A stretch of 64,000 nt of DNA, taken from NCBI RefSeq assembly GCF_009914755.1, contig NC_060934.1; one strand, 5' to 3'. Below the pieces are notes generated by a model. That model made no database searches. It was given only the letters and a program-made list of their open reading frames with translations, and had not been told where the DNA came from. Source of the DNA: the human T2T-CHM13v2.0 reference genome, Homo sapiens. The position numbers and the translations under genes are program-made. Shown here one piece after another: positions 23,367 to 36,908 of this stretch (position 1 is the stretch's first letter; each line of letters begins with the position of its first letter).

Positions 23367-25157
23367 TCACATCTCTAAAGCGCTCTTCAGATATGTGGGT
23401 CATATGAATAAAACAGCTTAGGAACACAATTCTAAAATCTTTGAAACATCTTTCACCCTGCCAGAGGTTTGCATATTACATCTGAGGAATCTTACAAACA
23501 ATCTTACATACTGTATATGTAAACAATAACAGGTGAATTCTAGGGAGGGGGTGGATTGAAAAATGTGGGCAGGTCAAACATGAAGAATGGGAATAGAATT
23601 ATGGTGCTGCTAGTAATTTTGTAGACCAGCTTCCTAAGTTCTTAAAAAAAGGAGGCGGGGGGACTTAATTTGAGTGAGTAGCCATCATCAGCCTGTCCTT
23701 AACTGAGAGAAAACAAAATGGTTTCAAGGGAAGCTATATTGAAGTCAGCTAATATAGTGAAGTCAGATCATTCTGATGTATCCTAATTCTCTGTAATGAT
23801 AATGCTTTTGAGTTATGTCCCTATTAGGATCTGCTAAAGTATTCTTAGTGGCTAGGTGAGGTTTTGAAGACAAGAAAGTCAAGTTGAAGGTTTAGAGCAT
23901 CTTGTGTTATCATTCTAATTTCAGAAGAGTAAATACGGAAGATTAAAAATTCCGTAAGTAAATAAATACGTATGCCAAGTGTATGACAACAGGGTACCAG
24001 AAGACCTGGATTTCTGGAGGAGAGACTCTGAAGAGGAGAGTAGGGCAATCCTCTGTTCTCATTCTTCTCCTGTACTCACAGTGGGTTTACAGATGTTTCC
24101 CTGCCCCTCCAGTGGGCAGCTGGTTCTGTAACTGTCTGCAGGCCAGGGCTGCGAGCAGCCTGCTTACAATGATATATTTGATATGCAAATGACAAGGCCT
24201 AAAATGGAGCGGCTGATAAGACTCAAGACCAGTTTCAAGTGAGGGTCACAGTGGGGAGAAACACAATGATCAAATTCATGAATTAGACTTCAGTTTCCCC
24301 TTCCTTTGTCAACAGGAAATATTTATTAATTAAACCAAGGAAGGCTAGTGGGTACTGATGAGCAAATTAGCACATCAAAACCTTGGATGAAAGTTCCTGA
24401 GAATAGCGGGCCGGGGAGAAACCTGGGAAAAGAAAAATAAACTGGAATTTACAGCTTATTTTGATATGAATCGAGTAATAATCAAGTGATTTGTTCCATC
24501 CAAGGGAAAAAGTTCGTGTAACAAAATTGCCATTCACCAATTTAAAATAATTTTTAGTTTTTTTCTTTTGTTTGCAGGAATGATGACGATAAGACTATGG
24601 AAAATGGTGACAGGAAAGTTGTAATAATTGTCATCAGATAATAACTATTTCAACTCACCAACTCTCATAAGAATATATGCAAATTACAGTAATACTTAAA
24701 AACAATACAAATAAGCACAAAGATAGTTCACACGGTGAAATTACTTTCTATGGAGATTCCTCAGCTTTTATTTCCTTAACTAGTCAGTTCTGGAATTTCA
24801 GAGTTTGCTCTCTTGCCGGGCTTCCCGCAAACCTCAAACTTTTAGGAAGCAGTTTCATAGATATATTTTTCTAAAGCCGGCTTGCTGGTATGCACACAGT
24901 CGGGCGATAAAGGATTTAAGCAGGATTTACATTTTCACAATCCTCACCCTTGGCAGCCAGAGAGCCATTTCTGCTGCTGCTGGCAGTCTCCCTTGCTCCT
25001 CTCTACAATAATTTTATCTTAAATTATTTACTATTTCTTGCTGCTTATTTGCAGCCTTTTCTTTTGGTATTCTTGGTCACATCCACAGGCAGAAAGTAGG
25101 CAGATCACCTCATTCCGTAGGTCTTGATTTCCTCATCAGTACAAGGAATACTGAATC

Positions 25158-25340
25158 TGTATTCCCAACATACGCTCCACAATTAGAATCATCTACGGGA
25201 TTTGGAATTACAACAGAAACAACACCACCCCTACTCCCAGAAATTCTGATTCGATTGTTTTGGGGTGGAGTCCAGGCACTGGTATTTTTTAAAAAAGCTC
25301 TGAGAAGATTTTAATATACAGTTAGGGTTGAGCATCACTG
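25158..25340. mobile_element. MER5-family hAT-Charlie relic
   Basis: attagaatcatct...cccagaaattctgattcgattgttttggggtggagtccaggc...agggttgagcatcactg. Confidence 0.75.
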
Positions 25341-26237
25341 ACTTTCTAAAGCCTTGCCACTCCAAGTGTAGCAAATGATTCTTGGTCTTGAACGACACTT
25401 CTAAATATATTTACATATCTATATCATATTTAAAACATTCTCTGAATTACCAGAAAAAATATACATATGTATTCATTTCTTGGTAACAAATCTGAAATTA
25501 TGCTCAATGCCAGATAGTATTTATTCAAATATTAGATCAAGTAACTATCATTCCCCCAAATATCACCTTTTGCAAGACTGTAAGATCAATTTTGAGTTAA
25601 TTTTTTTTTTCCAGAGTACTTTTAGAAGTTCTTATTTCTCTTCAGTTTGTTCTCTGGTGCTGTGTGATTTTAGAAAGAAAAGGACTGGGGTGACTGAGGC
25701 CAACAAAAAAATAGCAAAAGAGAGAAAAATGTGTACAATAATGTTTTCAGAGAAAAATAATATATGAACATTAAAGCCCCTCGGTATGTGAAAACATGGA
25801 AAGTGCACACTTACATGTAGAGCTCAGTTATAGTCCTGGCAACTGAGGAGAAAAATACACAGCTTTGTACAAATTTTTCTAAGGCTAAGCCATCTTATAA
25901 ATGTGCTTTTATATCCTTGACCAGAACCCTGCTTAATCTAAAAGAAAGAGTACAAATGAGGATTGAAGACTTGGTTTCTCTTACTACCCTTATCAGATCT
26001 CAAGATGGTTGAGAACCAATATTTTTACTTTTTGAAAAAAAAAAGCTGGCTAAATATTATAAACAAACAGGAAAAAAAGGAAGGCTGTGACTCAAGTCAA
26101 CAGTGAAGTCTCAATCTTTCAAGTCTTAAATGCAGTTTTGCATGAGGTCTGGGACTAGCGTTGAAATAAACACTACATTGATGACCTTTAAAAGATAAGC
26201 TTCCAAAAGTTAACCTAAGAGACTGGTGGTTTGGACC

Positions 26238-26743
26238 TGTAATAGGCAGAAAAAAGAAAAGGTCTCTCAAGGTTATATTCAATTCCTAACTCTCAGAACC
26301 TGTGAATATGGCAAAAGAGTGAATATCACCTTATATAACAGAAGATGAGGGTCTTGAGATAGAAGATAAGGGTCTTGAGAAGATGTGGGTCTTGAGCAGA
26401 AGATAAGGGTCTTTAGAAGAGCTTGCATTGGATTATCCGGGGGACTCTAAATGTACTTGTGTGTTTCCTTATGAGACAGGTGGAGGGAGATTAGATAGAG
26501 ACCCACACACAGAAGAAGACAAGGTGCATATGGAGGCAGGGATTGGAGTGATGTGGCCTTGAGCCTAGGACACCTGCAGCCACCCAAAGTGATTCTCCCC
26601 TAGAGCCCCTGGAAGGAGTGGGCTTCTGCCAGCAGCTTGATGTGGTACTTCTGTTTTCCAGAGCCATGAGATAATACGTTTCTGTTACTTCAAGCCACCA
26701 AGTTTGTGCTAATTTGTTATAGCAGCCCCAGGAAACAAATACA
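26238..26743 (+). mobile_element. MLT1 (C/D-like) solo LTR containing a short tandem array
   Basis: tgtaataggcagaa...ggattatccggggg...aagccaccaagtttgtgctaatttgttatagcagccccaggaaacaaataca; TSD gg(a/g)cc. Confidence 0.85.
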
Positions 26744-26890
26744 GGGCCCAAAGGATAAGAACAGAGAGAGGGGTAAGTATCACATTGTGTAAAGTGAATA
26801 CACCCCTTTACGTAAAGTGAATATGTAAGAGGAATAACTGGAAGGATTCATCAGAGTTTCTTTGTTTGCTATTTGCTTAGCAATTACTTT

Positions 26891-27313
<423 letters not shown>

Positions 27314-28113
27314 TAAAGCAACTTCCAGACTAGGTTCTGAAACTAATGAAGGTCACTGTCCAACAAATACACTGGGGATTGTGACTCTCAGTCCACACTG
27401 TAATCCCAGAGCACCTTTCCACAGAGTGGCCTGGGGACTCACATAGAGAGCAGAGCTACCTTTTTACCTCTCTCCTCCGCAGACTCTGGCTCCCAAAGGA
27501 GATACCCACATGAAGAATAATTTGCTGGTAAAATAACAGTAAAAGATTTTCTCCAAGGTACTTGAATTCATTACTTGGGTTATCTGCCCCACCTCCTACC
27601 AGCCCACCTTAGATACTAACTGAAGTGACACACAATTTAGAGGAAGAAAAAAACATTAAATTGCCATTGGAGGGATTCCCATTCCCAGGCCGGTTATAAA
27701 CCAACCTGCTGCTGTCTTCTGGGCCCTCTAGGAAGTCTTGACCCCATGAGCAGTCTGAGTACATCCCCTGCCCTCCTCCTGTCTTTCCCTCACCCACTCT
27801 CTCATGGAATCAAACTATAGCATTGATGTAGGAATATATGCTTCTTATAATGTACAAGCTTTTATTTTAAGTGGATTTTGGTTTCCAAACTCTTTTCCAT
27901 AGTTATACCCCTGCCCTCCAATAGGGGAGCTAACATCTAACTTGTGATCTTGGGATAAATTACACTCTTTACCCCATTCTCTTAGGATAGGAACACTATT
28001 TAATGGGCTGGAAGATTCACCCTCCATTATTCTTTTTGCATTGGGAATATAATATAATTTCAGGGTTTGAGAGCACTCACCGACTGTCCAGTTATGTTAA
28101 CTTAGTGTCTGGG

Positions 28114-28567
28114 TACATTAGTTTGCTGGAGCTGCTGTAACAATGTACCACGGGCTTGGGGTGCTTAGGCAACCGAAGGTAATTGTCTCTTGGTTCTGGA
28201 GGCTGAGGTCTAAGATCAAGGTGTTGGCAGGGTTGGTTCCTTCTGAGGGGTGTGAGGGATGGGTCTGTTCCAGGCGTCTCTCCTTGGGTTGTAAATGGCT
28301 ATCTTCTTTCTCCCTGTGACTGTTCACATCATCTTCTCTTTATGCATGTCTGTCTCTGTGTCCAAATTTTCCCTTTCTGTAAGGACAGGCATCATAGGGA
28401 TGGTCATATTGTCCATATTGTGGACACCTTAATGACCACGTTTTCACTTGATTACTTCTGTAGAGACACCCTGTCTCTAGATAAGGTCACATATGAAGGT
28501 ACTAGGGATTAGGACTCTAGTGTACCCATATTTATGGGGTGGGGAGGGAGATACAATTGAAACATAA
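28114..28567 (-). mobile_element. MLT1 (B/C-like) solo LTR
   Basis: attagtttgctggagctgctgtaaca...tctggaggctgaggtctaagatcaaggtgttggcagggttggttccttctgagg. Confidence 0.85.
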
Positions 28568-29583
28568 TGCCTGGTTACTGAAGACACATTGGAACCGTCT
28601 CTACTGTTCACTCCACTCATCTTCATGCTTATGTCTCTATGCACTGTGGTCCATGTTGGATTTAATGTCCCTTCTTGCTTTGCCTCTGATCAGGCTAGAG
28701 ACAGTCAACAAGGCAACTCAAACAGTCAGGTAGGTGGCATCAGACAGCTTGCTCTAACGAGACACATTAATTGCCTTCTGGAGGCCTCATGTGTTGTTTC
28801 CTTGATGTTTTAAATTAATTTGGAGAAGCAGTGAAGACTTATGGTTGGGGACAGGGGAATATCCTCTAGATGTTGGTAAAGCAATAGATCTACATTTTAC
28901 TAGGTTGGCAGCGGGGGGAACCAAGTAAGAAAATCTGTCCAGTGGAGGCTTCATATTCAGTAGGAGTGAGAGGGAGACTGGTGGGAGCTATGGGAAAAGA
29001 GCCCATTTCAGCTTCTTAAAACTCCCCTTCTTCCCCTAGGACTAGAAGAAAGAAAGAACGCAGCTTTCTTACGTGTGCCCTCCTGGTAATCAAAATGTTT
29101 ATTGTTCATTATGCAATATTTTTCTATACGGTGCCTTGAGGTCTTGAGAGGATTTCCACTCTAAAGAATGACTGAATAATGATGGATTTAAAAAACACAG
29201 GTCTAGCTTGGAATGGGAAAAGCACTGAAGCTCGAAAGTGGTAAAGAAAACACACAAGCAGGGAAAGATAGCCTCAAGCAGAGATGCAGGGGTGGTGACT
29301 TACTGCCACTCAGGGGACTCAATCTATCAACAATATCACTCACTCTTTTGGACCATGGCTAACATTCTCCCATTAGAGATTCACTGGAGTTAAGCTTGGC
29401 ATAACAAAAAGTCTGTAAGCAGTAGAGTGAGAGTCAGGTAGATTCAGATTGGAGTCCTGAAACTGGTATTTATTGGATATGTGTTTTTAGCAAATTTATT
29501 TAACCTCCAAAAAGAGAGATGTTCAGGGTGACTGAAAAGAGTCATTTTGAGTATTAGATGAAATGATCTCTGTGAAAACACCT

Positions 29584-29959
29584 TGTATTAGTCCGTTCTC
29601 ATGCTGCTAATAAAGACATACCTGAGATCGGGTAATTTATAAAGGAAAGAGGTTTAATTGACTCACAGTTCAGCATGGCTGGGGAGGCCTCAGGAAACTT
29701 ACAATCATGGCAGAAGGGGAAGCAAACATGTACTTCTTCACTTGGTGGCAGGAAGGAGAAGAATGAGAGCTCACCAAAGACGCAAGCCCCTTATAAAACC
29801 ATCAGATCTCGTGATATCTTACTCATTATCACGAGAACAGGATGGGGGAAACTGCCCACATGATTCAATTATCTCCACCTGGTCCCTCCCAAGACGTGGT
29901 GATTATGGGAACTACAATTCCAGATGAGATTTGGGTGGGGACAGAGCAAAACCATATCA
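29584..29959 (-). mobile_element. THE1C-like solo LTR inserted in a MIR
   Basis: tgtattagtccgttctcatgctgctaataaagacatacc...ccatatca; TSD c(a/t)cct. Confidence 0.92.
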
Positions 29960-31305
29960 CTCCTCTAGCAATGGCTGCCATGTGATGGGATTCCTGTGTA
30001 TCCATGAATCCCCCCAGTTCCCACCAGGAGATGGCCAGTGGGGTCCAGAGTGTTTTCAACTCCAAACATTCTAGAAGGAGTGGCATATTAGGGCATACAA
30101 ACCTTAGTCTTGGTCTAAAATAGTCCTGGGTTGTTAAAGTTTCTCCTTTTGATTGGAGAGGGCAGGGGTAATATGAAAACATCAATGGGGAGGTGGGGCC
30201 ATGGGAGGAAGGTGAGAAGTGGGTGCTTTGGGCATTAGAAAGTAGAACTACTCTGGATTAAAAGGCAGAAGGAAAGGCCCCTGGGACCTGGAGGAGGGCT
30301 ACTCTTTTATTTTTCTTTTGGAACAGAATGATTTTACCACCTTAAAAATGCTATGATGTCATTACTAAGTGGCTGTTGCTTGAATTTACTTAACAAAGTG
30401 TAAAAAAATCAATTTATGAATGTTATTAGACCTGATGGTTTTGGGAAGTAAGAAATTATAATCATTCCCACTCAACTGTAGTTAAATCAAACTTGAATGA
30501 GAACTTAAGTGGTCTAATTTGTGACTGGCTTAAATAAGTGTTCAAAATACCTAGCGGGCACCTAGAAGCATGAGACCTGCTATTCTCTTGGCATTATGAT
30601 AGCAAAATGGCAAATTGGATTACTTTGACCTGATGTAATTCATTCGCCGCTGTGAAGGCTTAGTCTCAGGTTGCTGTGTATTAATGACACTAATGTGTAT
30701 ATTAATTTTTCTATTCTCAAGCCTAAGCTATTTGTTTAAGTAATAGCTTTATCTTAATCAAGGCTTTTATGATACAGAAATATAGTTTCTCAGCCTTATT
30801 CCTTAAATAATAGATTTTCATGAATATGGCCTCTTCAAAGTCTGGAGCTTTTACACCAACAATCAATTTGTCTTGAGAGCAGAAAATTTAAAACTGTATT
30901 ACCTTACTGTGAGGCATCACCACAGTAAGCATTTCTTGTTCAACAGAGACTGAGGGTGCAGAGTGGCTATCTAGTGCTCGTGTTCCATGCTGCTGATAAC
31001 TCGTGTGGTCTATACTCCGTTTAACCATTACCTTGCGGCACAGACATATGGTCATGCCCTAGGAAGCCTTAGTCTGGAGACTTGGCCTCGGTTGGAGAAG
31101 ACTGGGTGTGGAGCAGGTTCAGCAGAGCACCCAGCGTTCATGGTGGCCATCTCTATCTGCAAGGGAAGGAAAAGACACACGCATAGGAAGAGTAGGAAGG
31201 AATATGACATTGTCCCTTTTTAGCTAGGGGAGGGAATGGAATCAAGGGAAAGTCCTCTAATGAGGTTACAGGTAACTTCCTTTCTAATCATCTTAGTGGC
31301 TTTAT

Positions 31306-31583
31306 TAATTTTTTTAAAATAAATAGAGATGGGGTCTCATTGTGTTGCCAAGGCTGGTCTTTAACTCCCGGGCTCATGAAATCCTCCTGCATTGGCCTCC
31401 CGAGTAGCTGGGATTACAGGTGCATGCCACCATGCCAGGCTAATTTTTTGATTTTTTAATGTTTTGGAGATGATATCTCACTGTTTTGCCCAAGCTTGAC
31501 TCTAATTTTTTAAGCTCAAGTGATTCTCCCACCTTGGCCTCCCAAAGTTCTAGGATTACAAGCATGAGCCATTGCACCCAGCC
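31306..31583 (-). mobile_element. Atypical Alu dimer (left monomer plus FLAM_A-like monomer)
   Basis: Second monomer begins cccagctactcgggagg but ends with left-arm sequence; a single 14-bp TSD cttagtg(g/a)ctttat flanks both. Confidence 0.8.
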
Positions 31584-32262
31584 CTTAGTGACTTTATACT
31601 CAGCTTTCTTCTTCAAGCCTCAAGATGCAATTTGAATAGGATATTCAGTACATTGATTTTCTGAGGCAATCACAGGTGATTCTCTTTTGATCATATGTGG
31701 TTGGTTGGCTCCTAGGCTTTATATCTCATCATCAAGTATTTAATTCAGCACTGACTCAGCTAAATGTATCAATTACCTAGGAGAATTTCCTATAGCCCTT
31801 TTGGGTTCTGTAATTCCAGTGTTGGCCAGGAACAAATTGATTTATGTAGTAATGCTAACTATAGCAGCTTACTATTAAGCAACAGACATCAGAAGCGGTT
31901 TACTTTGAGATTATCAGCTGTTTATTATGATTGGGTCAGTAATGAGAGAAACGTCAAGAAGTGTTTCAAGAAAGATTTTCTTGTCTTTTTTTTTTTTTTT
32001 TCCTATTCTCCACATGTAGGCCTAGTAAGATTGCATTGCCCAGCTCAATCATATGTTCCAAATCTGCTTCAGCGTAAAGTTTAGGAAAAAGTGTCCTGTC
32101 AATTTAGCACATCCAGATTTTGTATTTATTTATTTATTTTTTTTACTAGAGCCTTTTCTTTCATGTAGTTTGAGTAGCACATCTTTTCTTTTCTCTATTT
32201 AAACATTGAGACAAGAGTTAGGGATAAATGAACTTCACTATTTTAAGTGTTGTCTTTCCCAG

Positions 32263-32354
32263 GGACATTTGCATTTTAGCAGGGAACTGAGCCTTAGACC
32301 AAAGGGATGAATTTTTAATGGTATAATTTCAGGCATTAACAAATGATCTGGCAG
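32263..32354 (+). other. Candidate non-coding cassette exon (92 nt)
   Basis: Acceptor tgttgtctttcccAG and consensus donor CAG|GTAAGT; stops in all three frames. Confidence 0.3.
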
Positions 32355-32718
32355 GTAAGTTTTGGCAGTTGGGCAAACCGCCTGTCCCTAAAACCACTCC
32401 AGATCTATTTGCTAAGCCATCCTGAAATTAAAATAAAAGTATTTGCAAACTTTATGATGGTACAAAAAATTACAGTGAGGGATTCACTTAGTGGTTTAAA
32501 GTCATAGTGACTATTTAAGCCATTATTTTCCAAGTCAGAATTTACTTAAATATTCAATCTCATTTCTCTCTTAAAGAGTCTCAATGTCTAGGAATTTCCC
32601 ATTTTAAAAAAAATTGCAATCAAATTAATTAAAGTGCAAAGCCTTATAATAAAACTACGTCAAAGAGACAAAAGTCCACTGATAGATTATGTTTTCAGGC
32701 TAGAGATTCAGAAAATAT

Positions 32719-32850
32719 GAGTGCCTGTCATCCCAGATACTTAGGAGGCTGAGGCAAGAGGACCACTTAAGCCCAGGAGTTCAAGGCTGCGATGCACTGT
32801 TATTGTACCCATGAATAGTCACTGTGCAACATAGCGAGGCCCCGTCTCTG
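32719..32850 (+). mobile_element. FAM (fossil Alu monomer)
   Basis: Retains the 7SL-like tgaatagtcactg segment diagnostic of FAM; TSD aaatatgagt at 32713-32722 and 33020-33029. Confidence 0.8.
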
Positions 32851-32899
32851 AAAGCAAGCAAGCAAGCAAGAAAGAAAGAGAGGAAGAAAGAAAGAGAAA

Positions 32900-32960
<61 letters not shown>

Positions 32961-33147
32961 AAAAGAAAAGAAAGAAAGAGAGGAAGGAAGGAAGGAAAGA
33001 AAGAAGGAAGGAAGGAAGGAAATATGAGTATCTCCATAAGGGCATAAATGTTGAAAGAAAGAAAGAAAGAGAGAGATAGAGGAAGGAAGGAAGGAAAGAA
33101 AGAAGGAAGGAAGGAAATATGAGTATCTCCATAAGGGCTTAAATGTT
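32851..33147. repeat. GAAA/GGAA microsatellite tail plus 95-bp tandem duplication
   Basis: (GAAA)n, then aaatatgagtatctccataagggc.taaatgtt present twice at a 95-bp period. Confidence 0.92.
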
Positions 33148-33524
33148 TCCCTAACAATTTAAAAATATGTCTTCATGTCTTTATGGTGGATTGAAGCTAT
33201 AGACAGGTTGTGTCTCCAAGGCCTGGTGCCAATGTTTCCAAAAAGTCCACAAACGTTAGTTGAAATTCATATAATTGTTAAGAGGAGACGTTCTTTACAG
33301 TTGAAGTTAAGTATGTCCCAGTCCAAATTTTTCATTCAGAGTCTGTCAGGATGCATTTGCCGATGGAAACGATACTTTTGGAAGCCTTTTGCAAATGTTA
33401 GTGTCTTGGTTCACTTAAATTAATTTACTCCTTATGTCTGCATTTGTGAATGGACACTTCCAGTGGAAATGTAAAAAAAAGTCAATAAAAAGAAAAAAAA
33501 GATGGTGAGACATATCATTCCTAA

Positions 33525-33811
<287 letters not shown>

Positions 33812-33879
33812 AATTCAGTGTTTTCTTGATAGATTTATTGCAATGACTAGATATCCCAGCACTGTGATATGTGACTGGA

Positions 33880-34580
33880 TTTTATCTAACAAACACCTAC
33901 TGAGTACCTACCAAGTGTCTAGCATTCAAGCCAAATAGTCGGGACAAAGAAACAAACCCAAAAATGTCTCCCCTTTCAAACTTACTGTCCAGTGGAGGAG
34001 AGAGGTAAGTAAATAAACACCAGACAATGTGATAGATATGATTTAGATAAGAGGGTCAGAGGACTGACCACCCCACGGGATAAGGTCAGAGGCAGTCTTT
34101 ATACATGTCTAGATGTCCTCTTCTCTAGCAGACAGTAAGTTCCATGAAGACAGGGACATGTATTTTCACTTCTGGCACATAGTAGGTGCTCAAATAACAT
34201 CTAATGACTTAGTGGACAACTATGAGAATTAATAAATGTCAGGCCCTGGGATTACAATGGTGAAAAAAACTGACATAGCTTCTGCTCTCATGAACCCTCA
34301 TGGTTGACTGACATTTAACAAACAAATAATTGCTGGAAGTTGTCTTATGCATGCTGAGAAAAAGTACAGGGTGCTATGAATGAGGACAACAGGCAAATTC
34401 ATTTAGCCACGGATTCAGGAATGGAATCTCTGACTCAGAGATATTTTAGCTGGGCTTGGGAAGGTGTGTAGGAGTAAGTACCAGGGAAAAGCTAAGTCTG
34501 CCAGGTTGAGGGACAGCATGGTCAAAAACGACAAGATGCGCAGCAGATTGGTAGAATTTAGGACGGAAAGAATGCCTGAA
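33880..34580. mobile_element. Cluster of L2 fragments in both orientations
   Basis: actgagtacctaccaagtgtc (minus); ctggcacatagtaggtgctcaaataa (plus); gtcaggccctgggattacaatggtgaa (minus). Confidence 0.6.
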
Positions 34581-34811
34581 GAGTGGTGTTCTGTGATGCA
34601 CCTATGCAAAGACGTGCCTACTCGGTCTTATGAATGCGCTGGTTCATTTAAACTTCAACTCTGGCGGCTGTTGGTCACTGTAATTAAACATTCACACTTT
34701 GGGGCTGGTTAGCTAGAATCGGTTATAGAATCAGAAATCTGGTTATTGAATCAGAAAAGCTATACTCTATGGGAAGCCAGTATGGTGTACTTCAGCCATC
34801 AATATCTTAGT

Positions 34812-35019
34812 CAGCCTGGGCAACAGAGTGAGACCTTGTCTCTACAAAAAATAAAAAAAAAATTAGCTGGGCATGCTGGCCCATGCCTAGAGTCCCAGCT
34901 ACTTGGGAGACTGTGGCAGGAGCACTGCTTGAACCCGGGGGTTTAAAGCTGCTGTGAGCTATGATAGAACTACTGCACTCCTGCCTGGGCAACAGAGTGA
35001 GACCCTGTCTTCAAAAAAA
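34812..35019 (+). mobile_element. 5'-truncated AluJ
   Basis: Starts late in the left arm; TSD atcttagtcag. Confidence 0.9.
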
Positions 35020-35459
35020 ATCTTAGTCAGGACCTGAGCTCTGCTATTGAGCCAAGTAAACAGCAGGGATGGGTTTTATTGGGAAATGAGTAGGTTTGTA
35101 ATTAGCATGATGGATGTTAGAAACAGGCTCTTGGGGAAATTAAGGTTATGTGGATTTGCCAAAATGCTTTAGATGCCCTTCACGCTTATGAGAATAAGTT
35201 ATAGAATCCAATGAAGTCTAGACTTTATCGTTAGGAATGTTCTCCTAAAGTTCCTAAATCATTCTCTAAGACTCCATTCTTTAAAAGGATTTCTGGTTGT
35301 CTGGTGCCAACAAGAGTGACAGCAGACTGCCTTTGAAATGGTTCTGTGTCAGCCCTCAATGGATCTTCCAAGCAGTGAGGTCAGAGCATCTAGAAGGATG
35401 GAGAGTTAGGTCCTCAGCAAACTTACACAATAGAGCGTCCACACTGTTCTTCTACTTGC

Positions 35460-35830
35460 TGTTTTGGGCTAAATTGTGTCCCTCCCCCAAATTTATATAT
35501 TGAAGTCCTAACCTCCAGGAACTCAGAATGCGCCTGTATTTAGAGATTAGGCATTTAAAAGGTAATTAAGGCAAAGTGAGGTCATATCCAAATAAACAAT
35601 TGGATTGATGTCCTTGTAAGAAGAGATTAGGACACAGAGACAACCCTGTGAGGACGCAGAGAGAAGGTGGCCATCCCCAAGCCAAAGAGAGAGAACTCAG
35701 AGTGAATTCAAGCCTGCTGACACCTTAAAATAAGACTTCCAGCCTCCAGAACAGTGAGAAAATAAATTTCTGTTGTTTAAGCCACCCAGTCTGTGTTACT
35801 TTGTGATGGTAGTCCCTGTAAACCAATATA
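35460..35830 (+). mobile_element. MLT1B-like solo LTR
   Basis: tgttttgggctaaattgtgtccc...aataaatttctgttgtttaagccacccagtctgtg; perfect TSD CTTGC. Confidence 0.9.
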
Positions 35831-36054
35831 CTTGCTAATAAAAAGTATGTAATAAATAACCACATATATGGCAGACCATGGCCTCAGACTTACTTTCGTT
35901 TTAGCCTAGGAGTGAGGCTGTAGGTAATAGCTAAAATTACTCACCTTAAAATTTTTTAGTGCCTTCTGTTATGTGCCAAAAAAACATGAGGACAGTACAC
36001 CAAAAGCATGGTTTAGATGGGTTCACAATAAAGGTGGTAGAAAAATAATGACTT

Positions 36055-36414
<360 letters not shown>

Positions 36415-36505
36415 TTAGATGGGAGAATGAGGCCAGGACAGACTTTCTGGGGACCTGCCACACAAGAATGAAGTGTGTGGCAGGTACTGCCACACAAGAA
36501 TGAAG

Positions 36506-36908
<403 letters not shown>

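Noticed and set aside
24580-24660. ATGATGA as a C/D snoRNA box C
   Set aside because: No suitably placed CTGA box D or terminal stem
26340-26420. Short repeated units resembling a CRISPR-like array
   Set aside because: No unique spacers, eukaryotic LTR context; it is a minisatellite
29860-29900. PRDM9 hotspot motif in the THE1 LTR
   Set aside because: Sequence ccctcccaagac does not match CCTCCCTNNCCAC
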